From contig NC_057719.1 of NCBI RefSeq assembly GCF_004010195.1, positions 72,472,583 to 72,536,582 of the forward strand: 64,000 nucleotides of DNA, given 5' to 3'. Both the position numbers and the translations under genes were made by a program. Numbering within the stretch: the stretch's first letter is position 1; each line of letters begins with the position of its first letter. The notes beneath the pieces were generated by a model, which was not told the DNA's origin, made no database searches, and saw only the letters and a program-made list of their open reading frames with translations. The stretch is from Chiloscyllium plagiosum. Taxonomy: Eukaryota. Positions 40,372 to 52,242 of this stretch are shown piece by piece.

Positions 40372-41939
40372 ATCAGGAATATTAAGGTTTAATTTACATG
40401 AGAACATGCAAGAAGAAATGCCTTTATAATCAGAGCTTGTGTTGTGATAGACAATGTACTGCATGTTTGAGACAAATGATGGTACTGTTTCAGTGAGAAA
40501 GTGTTAAAAAATGTGTTGTCATTTGATTTCAGTTACAAGTAACTTCAGTTAAAGGTTCTGAACATAAAATGACCGGTTTAAAATGTATTTAATGTGTCCT
40601 TATTGTCTGAATGTTGTCTAAGCCAATTTACAGTTTGAAATAAATATCAGTCCATTAAATTTGAATGAGCAACCAAGTGGGTATTTGTGTTTACAATCGC
40701 TCAATTTCTAGAGAATTTAGTTTCCAAAAATTCAAATCCTGAAGAAAATCATCAGCTTGAAGTAGGAACCAATTCCCAGTATTGGAAATCACCTTGAAAC
40801 TTGTTACCTTTTTAGAACATACTACATTCTTACTCTGTAGAGTGTCTTCAAAAATGAATTTAAGGTAGTGTAGTTTATTATATTTCTTAGGTACGATAAA
40901 GTTTGTGCATTTTTTGGAAGTACTTTTTAATTACAAATGCACAAGCAACAAATTACTCACAATCTCTCTTGGAATTGATTGCTCAAATTATCACAAAATA
41001 ATGTTTGTAGATTAAATATTTAATTTCTCATGTTTTCTTTCTTGTAGATAAAACATTAACTTCAACATTTGGCCTGTTCATAACATGGCTGCCAAATTAC
41101 CAGAAACAGGAAAATTGCATTTTAAGGCAATATGGATTTATTTTTCTATTCTGTTTCTTTAGTTTTGATTAAACAGGTCATTATTGGATCTTGTCAGAGA
41201 ATTAAAATCACTAAACAAAAGAAAAAAGAACTCTGGATGCTGTAAATCAGAAACAAAAACAGAAATTGCTTGAAAAGACTCAGCAGGTCTGGCAGCATCA
41301 GTGGAGAGAAATCAGAGTTAACATTCCAGTGACCCTTCTTCAGAATTAAAATCATTAATTATCTCAGAAGGGATGATAATTCCTTGCAGCCTAACTAACA
41401 GTTTCCTAGAACTTAAAACTTCCAGTATTACTAGGGTACAGTAAAGTGAATTCTGAGGTGAATCAACTTGCTTCCAGATTCTGAGGACAGAAACAATGCA
41501 AGTAAAAACTCAGCATTCTGAACTGCGTTAAGTACATAGTATCAGACTATGAACAGCAGAAGGTTCCATCCTAAGTATGTACTGAACTAATTGACTGGAG
41601 TCTGTATCTCTTGAATAGGAAGTGAATCATGCGTGGATCATGGTTACAAATCAAATTGATCTCATTTGTTTTGCCCTTTATGTTTAAGTGGTTGTTTTGC
41701 CCTTTATGTTTAAGTGGCTTTTGATCATTGCTAACAATCTCACAATAAAAAAAAGACACCACTTAGCCAAAGTGTAGGCACATTGGTCGAATGCATGCAG
41801 GAAGACATTTCAGGAGATGAAGAAAATAAGACAGACACATATACGTGATCCTTGCTTCTTTGTATAATCATTCCAGAAAATCAAGTTTGACATATTCTGT
41901 TCAAAACAAGGCCAGCTTCTATTTGGTAATTAAAATAAC

Positions 41940-42156
41940 TTCATGAAGGCCAGTATCCCAACACCAAGTTACCCCTTATTTACACATGCCTAGCCCATGA
42001 CACCAATTCAACTCAGAGCCAGCTCCGAGAGTGAGCAGAACCCTGACACCCCACTTATATCTGTCAAGACTCCCTGATTGGGGCTGTTAACCTGGTCCAA
42101 TCAGGAAGCTTAAATTTTATAAGGTCCACCTTGCTGACCTCATTCCAATTACAACA
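41940..42156. mobile_element. Probable short solo LTR
   Basis: ~215 bp block ending in ACAACA, with TATA-like ttatat and internal inverted repeat cctgattgg/ccaatcagg; TSD not convincing. Confidence 0.4.
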
Positions 42157-42489
42157 GTAATGTTTGACAAGAGCATATTTTTCAGCAAACATCTTACTTT
42201 GCTATTATAATAGATGTTCAAACAACAGCAGAGTAAATAGAAACCAAGAAAAACTGAAGCTAACTGAAAAGTGTTAACAATGGCAGTAAAAAACAGGCTT
42301 GTGACTGGTACTAAATGTCAATGACTACAATATAGATCTGAGTATCAGGAAAGAATCAAGTTATATTAAAAAATGTATTTGCTATTTACATAACAAATAT
42401 ATATTTATATAGTATTTATATTGATAAATTATTAAAATGTACATATTAAAAAATAGCTTATGTATTCTACTTAAAATGATTTGGACATG

Positions 42490-43270
42490 GGGGTGAGTGG
42501 ACACACAAATGCATGTCAGATGCATTATAATATGGATAAATGTGAAGTTATCCACTTTGGCAGCAAAAACAGGATGACAGAGTATTATGAATAGCGATGG
42601 ATTTGAAAATGGGGAGTTGCATCAAGATCTGGTCATCCTTCAATGCTAGTCACTGAAAGTAAGCATGCATTGGTGAAAAACACAAATGGTATGTTGGCCT
42701 TCATAGTGGAAGGATTCAAACACAGGAGCAGCATTGTCTTGCTGTAATTATACAATACCTTGATGAGACCACATCTGGAGTAGTGTGTGCAGTTTTGGTT
42801 TCCTTGTCTGAGGAACAATGTTCTAGCTATGGAGGCAGTACTCAAAGGTTTACAGACAGATTCCTGGATAGCAGGGATAATATACAAAGAGAAATTGGAT
42901 TGGTTAGGACTGTATTCACTGGACTTAAGAAGAATAAGGGTGGCAGTCTCATTGAAATTTATAAAATTCTAAGAGCTAGACAGGGTAAGTGCAGGAAGGA
43001 TGTTCCCAATGACAGGAGAATCCAGTAGCAGACATGGGGTAGGCCATTTAGGACTGAAATGAGGAGAGTAGTGAGCCTGTGGAATTCTTTGCAGTTGAGG
43101 CCAAAATATTAAATGTTTTGAAGAAGTTGACATAGTTCTTAGGGTTAAAGCAGTAACAAGGCATGGGGAGAAAAGAGAAACAGGGTATGAGTTGGATGCT
43201 CAGCCTTGATCATATTGAATGGCAGAGCAGGCTTGAATGCATGAATGGTCTACTCCTGCTCATAAGTTCT
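42490..43270 (+). mobile_element. CR1 3' fragment
   Basis: LYNTLMRPHLE*CVQFW.P.LR motif ~42750-42815 and CR1 3' UTR. Confidence 0.85.
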
Positions 43271-43889
43271 GTTTCTAAAGTAAAATAGATGCTGAAATTC
43301 TAAAATAAAAGCAATAAGTGCTGGAAATATTCAGTCGGTTTGGTCACATCTATACAGAAAGAGAGATCAAGGATGGGATTTTCCAGTCCCAGACGAGGCA
43401 AGTAGAAAGGTGGGTATGTGAACTTAATTGGGCGAGGCAAATTTTTAACATACTTGCCACTGCAATGAACGTTAGGGATTACGTTCTCCAACCACAAAAG
43501 ATGGGCTGGCTTTAGCAATGTTGAGATGTTTATATACATGCATTAAAAGCCCAACTTCTGGAATTAATTATCCTTCCCAAACAATTTCCTCTCAATGAAC
43601 AAACTCAATAGTTTAGATATCCAAACACACATAGCAGCATCTATCTGACAATTTGTACTTCTTCCTAGACTTCTGCATAATCATTTGGTTATTGCCTATA
43701 GAGAAACAGCTTTAAAAGCTGAGGGTGACTTTGTGCAATGCTGGGAGTTCAGCATGAAGCTTAACTTTTTTCTAAAGATCTAATTTTTTTCTATTTCACA
43801 CTTGCCTATAATCTACTGCTTATATTTTAAAATTTCACCCTGACTTAAGCAAGGAAATACAATCTCTGTATATGTGAGCAGCTGAAGTT

Positions 43890-46490
43890 AATTAGGAATT
43901 AAAGTAACCATCTTAACCAGGAAAACGCTAGCCAAAAATAAAAATGCAGAAGTACAGAAGCAATGTTAAGAGTTTATATAGATATTTAATGAAGAAATGT
44001 TAACAAAATGAGTATCGCTCCTATAGAAATTTAGTGTGTGTCACTAATAGTAGAAAATAAAGACAGGGATGACAAATTGAACAAGTATTTTGTAATCGTC
44101 TTCACTTTAGTGGATACGAATAATCATCCAAATAAAGTTGTAAACCAGGAAATGGAATTTAAGAAAATTACAATTGGCAGGGAAGTAGTACTCAACAAAT
44201 TGATGCTAAACTATTAAGTCCTTGGGTGCTGATGGATTTCATCCTACAGTCTTAAGAAGAAGTGGATAGTGAGTCTTTTTGTGTTGATTTCAATTTTCCA
44301 ACATCTCTAGATTTGGGGCATTTTCATTACAGAAGAAAAAACTCAGTGTAATTCGTATATTGAAAAAGCAACGGAAACAGAAAGCAAAAAACTGCAGGAG
44401 ATGTAAGTGTCAGTGAACTGTGGCAAATATTCTAGGTTAGTTCCAGCAAAAGTGAGTGAATCTCCAAAATTCTGGAAAATAAGGGATTTCTTAGAGATGG
44501 AGTTAAGGGTGCTGGTGAAAGAGAAGTAAAACAGAGTTCAAACCATATATAGTTTTAAAGTGTCAAGTTGACAATGCTTAGTTTGTTCAATTTTTCTTGA
44601 GAATATATAATGTTCTTTTGTTGAAATATACAAAAGCTTGCAGGTTAGTTTTGTTGATTAATGGGCATTGAGATTTCTCCCTTGAAACTTTTATATTTTT
44701 CTAGATGTAGGTTTTCTCACTGAGCTAGGAGGTTTGTTTTCAGACGTTTCTTCACCATATAAGGTAATATCATTAGTGAGCCTCCAGATGAAGCACTGGT
44801 GGTATGGCCTGTTTTTTATTTATGTGTTTTGGTTTCCTTGGTGATGACATTTACTGTTCTTTTTCTCAGGAGATGCTAAATGGGATCCAAGTCAATATGT
44901 TTCTTGATAAGAGTTCCAGTTGGAATACCATGTTTCTAGGAATTCTCATGTCTCTCTCTGTTTGGCTTGTCCTAGGATGAATGTGTTGTCCCAGTGGAAA
45001 TGGTGTCCTTCCTCATCTGTATGTAAAGATACTAGTGAAGGTGGGTCATGTCTTTTTGTGGCTAGTTGATGTTCATGTATCCTGGTGGCTAGTTTTCTGC
45101 CTGTTTGTCCAATGTAGTGTTTGTTACAGTTCTTGCAAGGTATTTTGTAAATTAGATTAGTTTTGCTTGTTGCCTGTATAGGGTCTTTCAAGTTCATTAG
45201 CTGCTGTTTTAATGTGTTGGTGGGTTTGTGGGCTACCATGATGCCAAGGGGTCTGAGTAGCCTGGCAGTGATTTCTGGTATGTCTTTGATGTAGGGGAGA
45301 GTGGCTAGGATTTCTGGTTGTGTTTTGTCTGCTTGTTTGGGTTTGTTGCTGAGAAATCAGTAGACTGTATTCATTGGGTACCCGTTCTTTTTGAATACAC
45401 TGTATAGGTGATTTTTCTCTGCTCTTTATAGCTCCTCTGTGCTGCAGTGCGTGGTGGCTCATTGAAATAATGTTCTAATGCAGCTTGGTCTGTGGATCCA
45501 TCTTGGGTGGTGGCAGCGGTGGACCAACAATCAATTCGGAGTTGCATCCGAGGTGGTGAGGGACACGTGCAGTGTGACCGTCTCTAGCATGGAGGCAGTG
45601 GACACAGGAGCAGCAGAGGTGCACGTTGCCAGAGACCTAGGGACCATGTGGGATGGCAGCAAATGGAGGATCAGAGAGGGTGACGTCTGCGGAGAGGAAA
45701 AGTTGAATTGATGAATCTCTTTCAGTAACATCAATTTATTCAGTAATCCAAGAGGGCAAGTTTGGCAACATTGCACATTTCACTGTACCTAGGTTCAAGT
45801 GACAAATATTAAATAAATCAAATAATAAATCAATTTATATAAATGACTTGAATGAAGTTACTGAGAGACAAATTAAATTTGATGATGAGACAAAGATATG
45901 TAGCAAACTAAGTTAGAAGAGGTCGTAAAGAGGCTACAAAGGCATACAGATAGATTAAGTGAGTAGTCAAAAATCTGTCAAATGTGGCATAATTGTTCAT
46001 TTTAGGAGGAATAATAAAAAAAAATATGTAAATGTTGATACAGTGCAGATTTCCAAAATACAGAGAAAACTGGGGGTCCTAGTGCAACAGTCGCAAAAGG
46101 TCAGTATGAAGGTACACCAATAATTAGGAAAGCTAATATTCTTTATTGTATGGCCAAGTGAATACAAAAATGGGATGGTTACATCTCTGTTGTACAGAGC
46201 ATTGATGAGACCATATCTAGAGCATTGTGTACAAGAATTGGTCCCCTTATTTAAGGAAGAAAGGAAACAATTCAGAGAAGTTTTAGTCTAGTAAACAAGG
46301 AAATGGGCAGGTCTAATGAGGAAAGGCTAGCCAGGTTATGTTTGTATCTGTTGGAGTTTAGAAAGGCAAGAGATTACTTAATTGAAAAAGGAGATCTTGA
46401 GCAGTCTTGACAGGGTAAAAGGAAAAATGATGTTTTCTCTTGTGTGTGAATCGAGAACTTGACATTGCTAACTGAAGACAGAAATTAGGA
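43890..46490 (+). mobile_element. Old CR1 LINE split by later insertions (pieces ~43890-44400 and ~45835-46490)
   Basis: Collinear decayed CR1 motifs on both sides of the inserts (G.DGFHP.VL upstream; INDL..KFDDETK and LYRALMRPYLEHCVQ downstream). Confidence 0.65.
44705..45477 (-). mobile_element. Penelope-like element 3' fragment with GIY-YIG endonuclease
   Basis: ORF 44946..45239 LIYKIPCKNCNKHYIGQTGRKLATRIHEH; decayed hammerhead-like core at ~44743-44778 (minus: CTAATGA...GAAACGTC). Confidence 0.92.
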
Positions 46491-46954
46491 GAATTTTGAA
46501 ATAATGTGGTAAATCATAACGATGAAAGCAAAAATTTTACTTATAACGTAAATTACATACAAAGAACATTTGCCCACAAACATTCAACAAGTAGCACGTG
46601 AACCCAAATTCATTGTCCAAAAACTGGAATAACCAGACCATATAAAAAAAAAACAAAATAGATTACTTCTACCCTTTGATTGTTCTTTAAGTAAGTTTGG
46701 CATAGGCATACAATAATCAACACGCAAGAAAGATATTTCAACGCAATAGGCCTGAACATAATTCAGTGTTTCTAATGAAGAGTCAGAGCTGAAACAACCT
46801 CAATGTTATTGAAATACTTACGGCATGTCAGTTCTTTTAGATTTCCAGAATTTAACCAATTAATTATTTCTCACAACATTTATTTCATGTGCAGTTAGCT
46901 TCTTCTAACAAGGGATTTGTGCTTTGTCGAAAAAATAAGAGAGTAGGGGGAATC

Positions 46955-46966
46955 CAAGATGGCGGC
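46955..46966 (+). promoter_or_regulatory. YY1-type motif at the L1 5' end (internal promoter)
   Basis: CAAGATGGCGGC, ~10 nt from the element start. Confidence 0.6.
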
Positions 46967-48555
46967 GTCCTGTTAGGATCGTATTTGCTGGGCTCTGTGC
47001 TACAATACCGACCCAATAGAGCTTCAATCAGTCCTGTACACTTTACTGTGAGTAAAAACATGGTAAAGGAACTAGAAACCCGAAAAAATCAACTTACCTT
47101 TGTCCTTGCAGCTGGAGAATGCCAAAAAAAAGGAGGAAGCTCGCCCACGGCTGAGGCCACCGCCCAGTCCATTGAAGCTGAAGGCTCGCTTACTCACCTT
47201 GTTGAGGAGTTGACTGAATCTCACAAGGTCCTGGGGAAGCAGATCGGGGAAAACAATTGAAGAGAAGCTGACTCCTGTATCCACTATGCTGCAGGACCTG
47301 GAAAAAAGGACCGGTGAACTCAAGTCCGGGCTGCAGGGGTAGAGGCACAGATTGACTCTTCCAAGAACCGGAATGAAGACCTGGAAACACAGGTCCATGG
47401 TCTGTTGGATCTGGTAGACAATCTTGAAAACAGTAGCAGAAGAAAGAACCTGGCATCCCAGAGGGATGGAAGGTGAGTGACCGATGGACTTCTTTGAGAA
47501 GTGGCTCCTGGAATTCCTTGGTTTGGAAGCTACGAAAGGAAGGATAACAATTGTGAGAGCCCACCGGATTGTGGCATGAAAGCCAGGTGTGGATCAGCGC
47601 CCACACCCTGTCCTGGTAAGGTTCCATCATTATAAAGACAAACAGAGGGTCATGGAAGCCTCTACAGCCCAGGGGAGTGACCCGAGGGCATTGATATGTG
47701 GCGGCTCCAGTGTCATTTTTCTCAAGACTTCTCAGTGGCAGTGGTCAGGAAAAAGAGGTTCTACTATGGCGTCAAGACTAGATTGAAGAGCTTAGGATCT
47801 AATATTTACGAAGATATCCAGCAGTGCTTCTGATTAATCATAATGGATCCATACATTTGTTTGACACGCCAGGGAAAGTGAAGAATTTTGTGGACACATT
47901 GACTGAAGTCGAACAGCTGAATAGGCGTAGAGGACAGAGCTGTTTGGGTTTGTTCTTGTTTAACAGGGACTCCATGGGATTTTCTGGTAATAAGTTGCAT
48001 GAAATGATGTCCGGGATGGTTAGAGAATTTATCTTTAATCTCTAGGTTATGTTAAGGGATGGGTGACATATTTATTTTTAGTTTACTTGTCTATAGTACT
48101 AACCTCGCTCTTGGTGTTTGTTTTTTCTCTACGGGATGGTTGATGTATGTGGCGTGACCCTAGCTGGTAGGAGTTGAGAGGGCAGTAGGGATGGTTAGTC
48201 GGTTTGTAGGACGTGTAGGTACCCTCTTTGAATGAGGGGGTAAATCCCTCCAATCAGTGCCTTTGGTGATATTTTGTTTTTCTATTTCTACTATATATAG
48301 CTTTTGTAAATTTTGCTGCTTTGTTGGCTGTAGTTATTTTAGTCTGTGTAGTTTTTGGGTTTTGTGGATTCTTTTCCATTAAAGTTCAGTGATTTGGGTT
48401 CTTCCTCTCTGGAGTCTAAATGGTGCTATAGAAGGGTATGGCTAAGGATGTGTTTAAGTGGTGCACCTGAAATATTAAGGGGAGTCATTCGCTTGTCAAG
48501 AGGAAGGTACTTCCCAACCTTAAAAGGGAGAGGGTGCATGTTGCCTTATTACAAG

Positions 48556-49224
48556 TGAAGATCTGGACCCTGTGGGAGGAGGGGGGTGTCTCTCTGTTCC
48601 ACAATCGGTCAATAAACACTAGCAATTCAGTCTGGCTTTGTAAGATTTCACACCTTAATTACAGCTAGGCGCAGGTTGTCCAGCAACACAAAGGTTAAAC
48701 ACTTCTGTATCCCTAGAAGGGACTGCACATATGGCTTAAGACAAAGACATTTTTATCCACTTTTTTGAGAAGTACAGGGCATCATTCCAGAGCACATTCA
48801 GACAATTACCAATCAATTTTAATAAAATGACTTCATTGACAGCAACTTAGCCCCATGATATTTCCTGGGAACCAACCTTACTTTCCACATTCAAGCACCC
48901 CTATCTCGCAAAACTATTCCTTGCACCTGCACTTGCAAGGTCAGTTAGGATGGCTAGTAATGTCTGATCTAGTCTAGTTATTTCTATGCTATAAGGGAGG
49001 CATTGTTTGCTAATCTTTATTGAGGCACATTATGATTAGTTCAGGAATGCAGCTTTTAGCAGCTTTAAGCAGAATTGTCAATTTGTAGCCTAGAAGCCAT
49101 TTTGTTATGTTATTTGCATTAAGAAGCCACTTTATTGCTGCCGATGTTAGTAAGAGCATGTATTAAATGGTTGTTTCTGACTACAACAAGTTACTTCAGA
49201 CTGTATTCAGATTTCAGATCCTCA
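48556..49224 (-). repeat. 3' LTR, complete, 669 bp
   Basis: Direct repeat of 52243-52870; preceded on the minus strand by PPT AAAGGGGGAGA (49225-49235). Confidence 0.93.
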
Positions 49225-49322
49225 TCTCCCCCTTTGGTCATTCCATGACCACACCATAGGATGTGAGGGCATAGATTAAATCAGTCCAATCAAATGGACA
49301 CCAGAGACTGCCATACTTCCTC

Positions 49323-50712
49323 CTACTTTGGGGAGGAAGCAGGAGTAGGCAATCGCACCTCCTCATCTTCATCTGAATGGGGAAGAAGCATTTTCTGGGG
49401 AGAACCGATGATGTCAACAGAAGCCATTAGCTTAGCAATAACGCACTTAACAAGAGCAATACCAACAAAGAGACAAACTAAAACAATACCAATATACATA
49501 GTCAGATTTATCAACCAGTTGTACCATGAGCCAAAGCCTCAATCTCCCCATCCCGCGCCTTCTGGATGTTATCTCCATACCTAGTAATATTCTCAATGCA
49601 TTTACCTTTAACTATGACGCAGACCCCATCCTCTTTTGCAAGTAGGTAGTCGAGGTTTTGTTGGGAAAATAAGTATAATTCTGAAAGCATGTCCTTAATT
49701 CCTGCTGAGGCCGAGACCATCTCATTGTCCAAGACGGTGAGACCGCAAATGAAATAATTTTGATTTAGATGGCTAATAATTCCTGCATATCCTCCTAAGG
49801 AAAAATTACTAAGAAATGCGTACCCCACATATTGACCTTTAGTGGTGCCCAAAGCCTTAGCATCCTTCCAATGCACGCAGAATTCATGTGAAACTGAACG
49901 TTTGGTAGGGAAACCCCAATCCCATTCCCAGGTAATTGGACAGGGAACAGTAGTTGGGAAAAGTGTCCCTACAGCTACAGCACGGGGAGTACTTATTTCA
50001 AGAACGAGGACGTTAGTTGCTTTGCCTTGGATAAAAATATAGTAACCAGGTTTAGTATAGATAATGGATGTGGCTTCTCAATAATAAGCAGGTCCGTCTT
50101 TGTGACTTCCCTGAACATATGGGTAGTCCATGGCCACAAAGTATGGTTATCTTGCGCGCTTAGGGTGAAAGATGCTCAATAAAAAGAGGTGGGTCTTTCT
50201 GTAGGAGATGCGGTTATTGTTCCAGAATGGTTCCTTCCATCTCTCAATTGGGAAAATGGAGGTCCCCTTAGGGGTCTCACAGTGGAGGTGGGTGCCGTTG
50301 TCCATTCCACAAAGGGCCTGAATACCAGCAATAACAGAGAAACACTCCTCCAACAGGCAGTTGCATGAGATACGAGGCCCCACAGCAGAGCAGTAGCGGT
50401 TGGTACATCTGATGGAATGGTCTTGGTCACACACACATCATTGCACCCCCATCCCTTACCATTGTAACAATTTGGATAGGCTACCGCAAACTTATTAGAG
50501 GAAATCCATAAGCAACGAGCAGGTGGGGATAAGTAAAAGTCAAAAGAAACATTATGTCCGCTAAATGCCTTAGAAGCATTCCTTCGTTGGGATACAGGAC
50601 GGGGAAAGGAGTCAGAGTCTTTTGCTGACGTAATGGCGTAACAGACCACTTCATCCCGGCCGAATATTTTATTATGACTCTGAAGAAACAGGTAGTTAGT
50701 GAAACATAACAT
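49323..50712 (-). pseudogene. env: Disrupted class I viral envelope gene (SU+TM) with internal fusion loop
   Basis: Joined frames: MLCFTNYLFLQ...VVCY / Cys-rich SU / KPGYYIFIQG...PTKR|SVSHEFC...FLSNFSLGGYAGII...NQNYFICGLTVLDNE...QQNLDYLLAKEDGVCVIVKGKC / W.D*GFGSWYNWL / IGIVLVCLFVGIALVKC; several frameshifts and stops. Confidence 0.9.
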
Positions 50713-52242
50713 TCCCTCTTTTTCTCATGTATGAGTGTACAGTTTCATATCAATTTGTCACTAAGAACATTTTAGGCAGATAATGGATGGGTGGGATAAA
50801 AAAAGATGGAATTCAAGAAGGTTCTCTTCATTGATTACCAAGTAACAAGCTGAAACATTGATAACTTCATTGTTTTGTTTTATAATTAATAGATTCAACA
50901 CAGAAGTTTTGAAATAACATATTTTCATGCAACTCACCGGTGTCTACCTGCGATGCCAACATCACGAAAGGCTGAGAAGTTTCAATATCATAAATGACTG
51001 TGCTGCCACTATTAAAGGAACTAAAATGTGCACAGGATCAGCACCTACAAAGTCAACTGATGTAGGGATTCAATTTTCCCCTTCTACATTGTATTAACCA
51101 TAGGATGTTAATTTTGTAATGATTTATCACAACTTAATGTTGAACTGAAACTTCAATTGTCATTGAAGGAAGGGAATTGATATAAAGTAAAGCTACGACT
51201 GGCACACCATAATCATCAATGAAACACAGCAGTCTTAAAATTAAGTGGAAACAAACGAGGCTGAAACAAAAATTAAATCTGCTAGTATCATTTTTGAAAA
51301 CAATGCTGTTGGTTTGGGATGTTTTGGATCTAACTTTATACTTCCAGTTTTACAAAATTTAACTAAATTAAATAAGGTTCATGCAATTTCTCCACTCAAT
51401 GAGCAAACATTAAAGTCTGAAGTGATTTTCCTCAGTGTTGAGTTTAGATTATAACTAAAATTGAGCAGAGACCTGCTGTCATCCTGAGAAAGAATGATTC
51501 TGCACCTGAAGACCAGGTTTAGTGCTACTGCTTTACTTTCTTTAGTCAATTCTTTCATTAGTACAACACATAGGGGTGAGAGGGTGAAAATGATCTTTGG
51601 CTGTAGCGTGAAATTATGGGGAATTTGAGAGGAAGTTTATACTAATGTCAAATGGTGCAGAATTGAATGAGAAGACTTTTTTTTTCAAAAGATTATAATG
51701 TTGTCTTCCTCCATACTAAACTGATTTGAAATTAAATAAGTTTGGCTTTCATGTAAGCATAAAAGTGATTAGTTAGAAATTGACAGTAGGGCAGTCATGG
51801 CCTGTAAGAAGAACAGGGGTTAATATTTCATTTCATAATCACTGATGGATCCTTAACCTTAAAATAAATCATGTTAAATTCCCAAAATGCAAATCAAATT
51901 CAAAACAGCCCTGGATCTCGAGTTCCAGGGATCAAAACACAAACATTCAACAAGCAAATGTGCATCCAAACTGAATCTGAAAGGGTTAAACTTACTGCAG
52001 CCTGCAGGGAATCAGCGCTGATTCTCTCTCTCTCTCGCACACACACATTCCAGAAGTCAAAGTTAGGGAGTTTTACCTTCATAAATATTGGTTGTGGCAT
52101 ATAGCTGCTTAACCAAGTGCGCTGGAATTGTATCACTGGCCAGCTCTCTTTTTTTAACATGACAAAAGCAGCAACCACCCTCTATATTTCATAAACAAAG
52201 TAAAAACACCAAAACACACAGAACAAAAGACAAAGCAGCAAA

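Noticed and set aside
49323..50712. Domesticated (syncytin-like) env gene, or a true filovirus endogenous element
   Set aside because: Multiple frameshifts and stops argue against function at this locus; the PPT and LTR context show retroviral rather than filoviral origin
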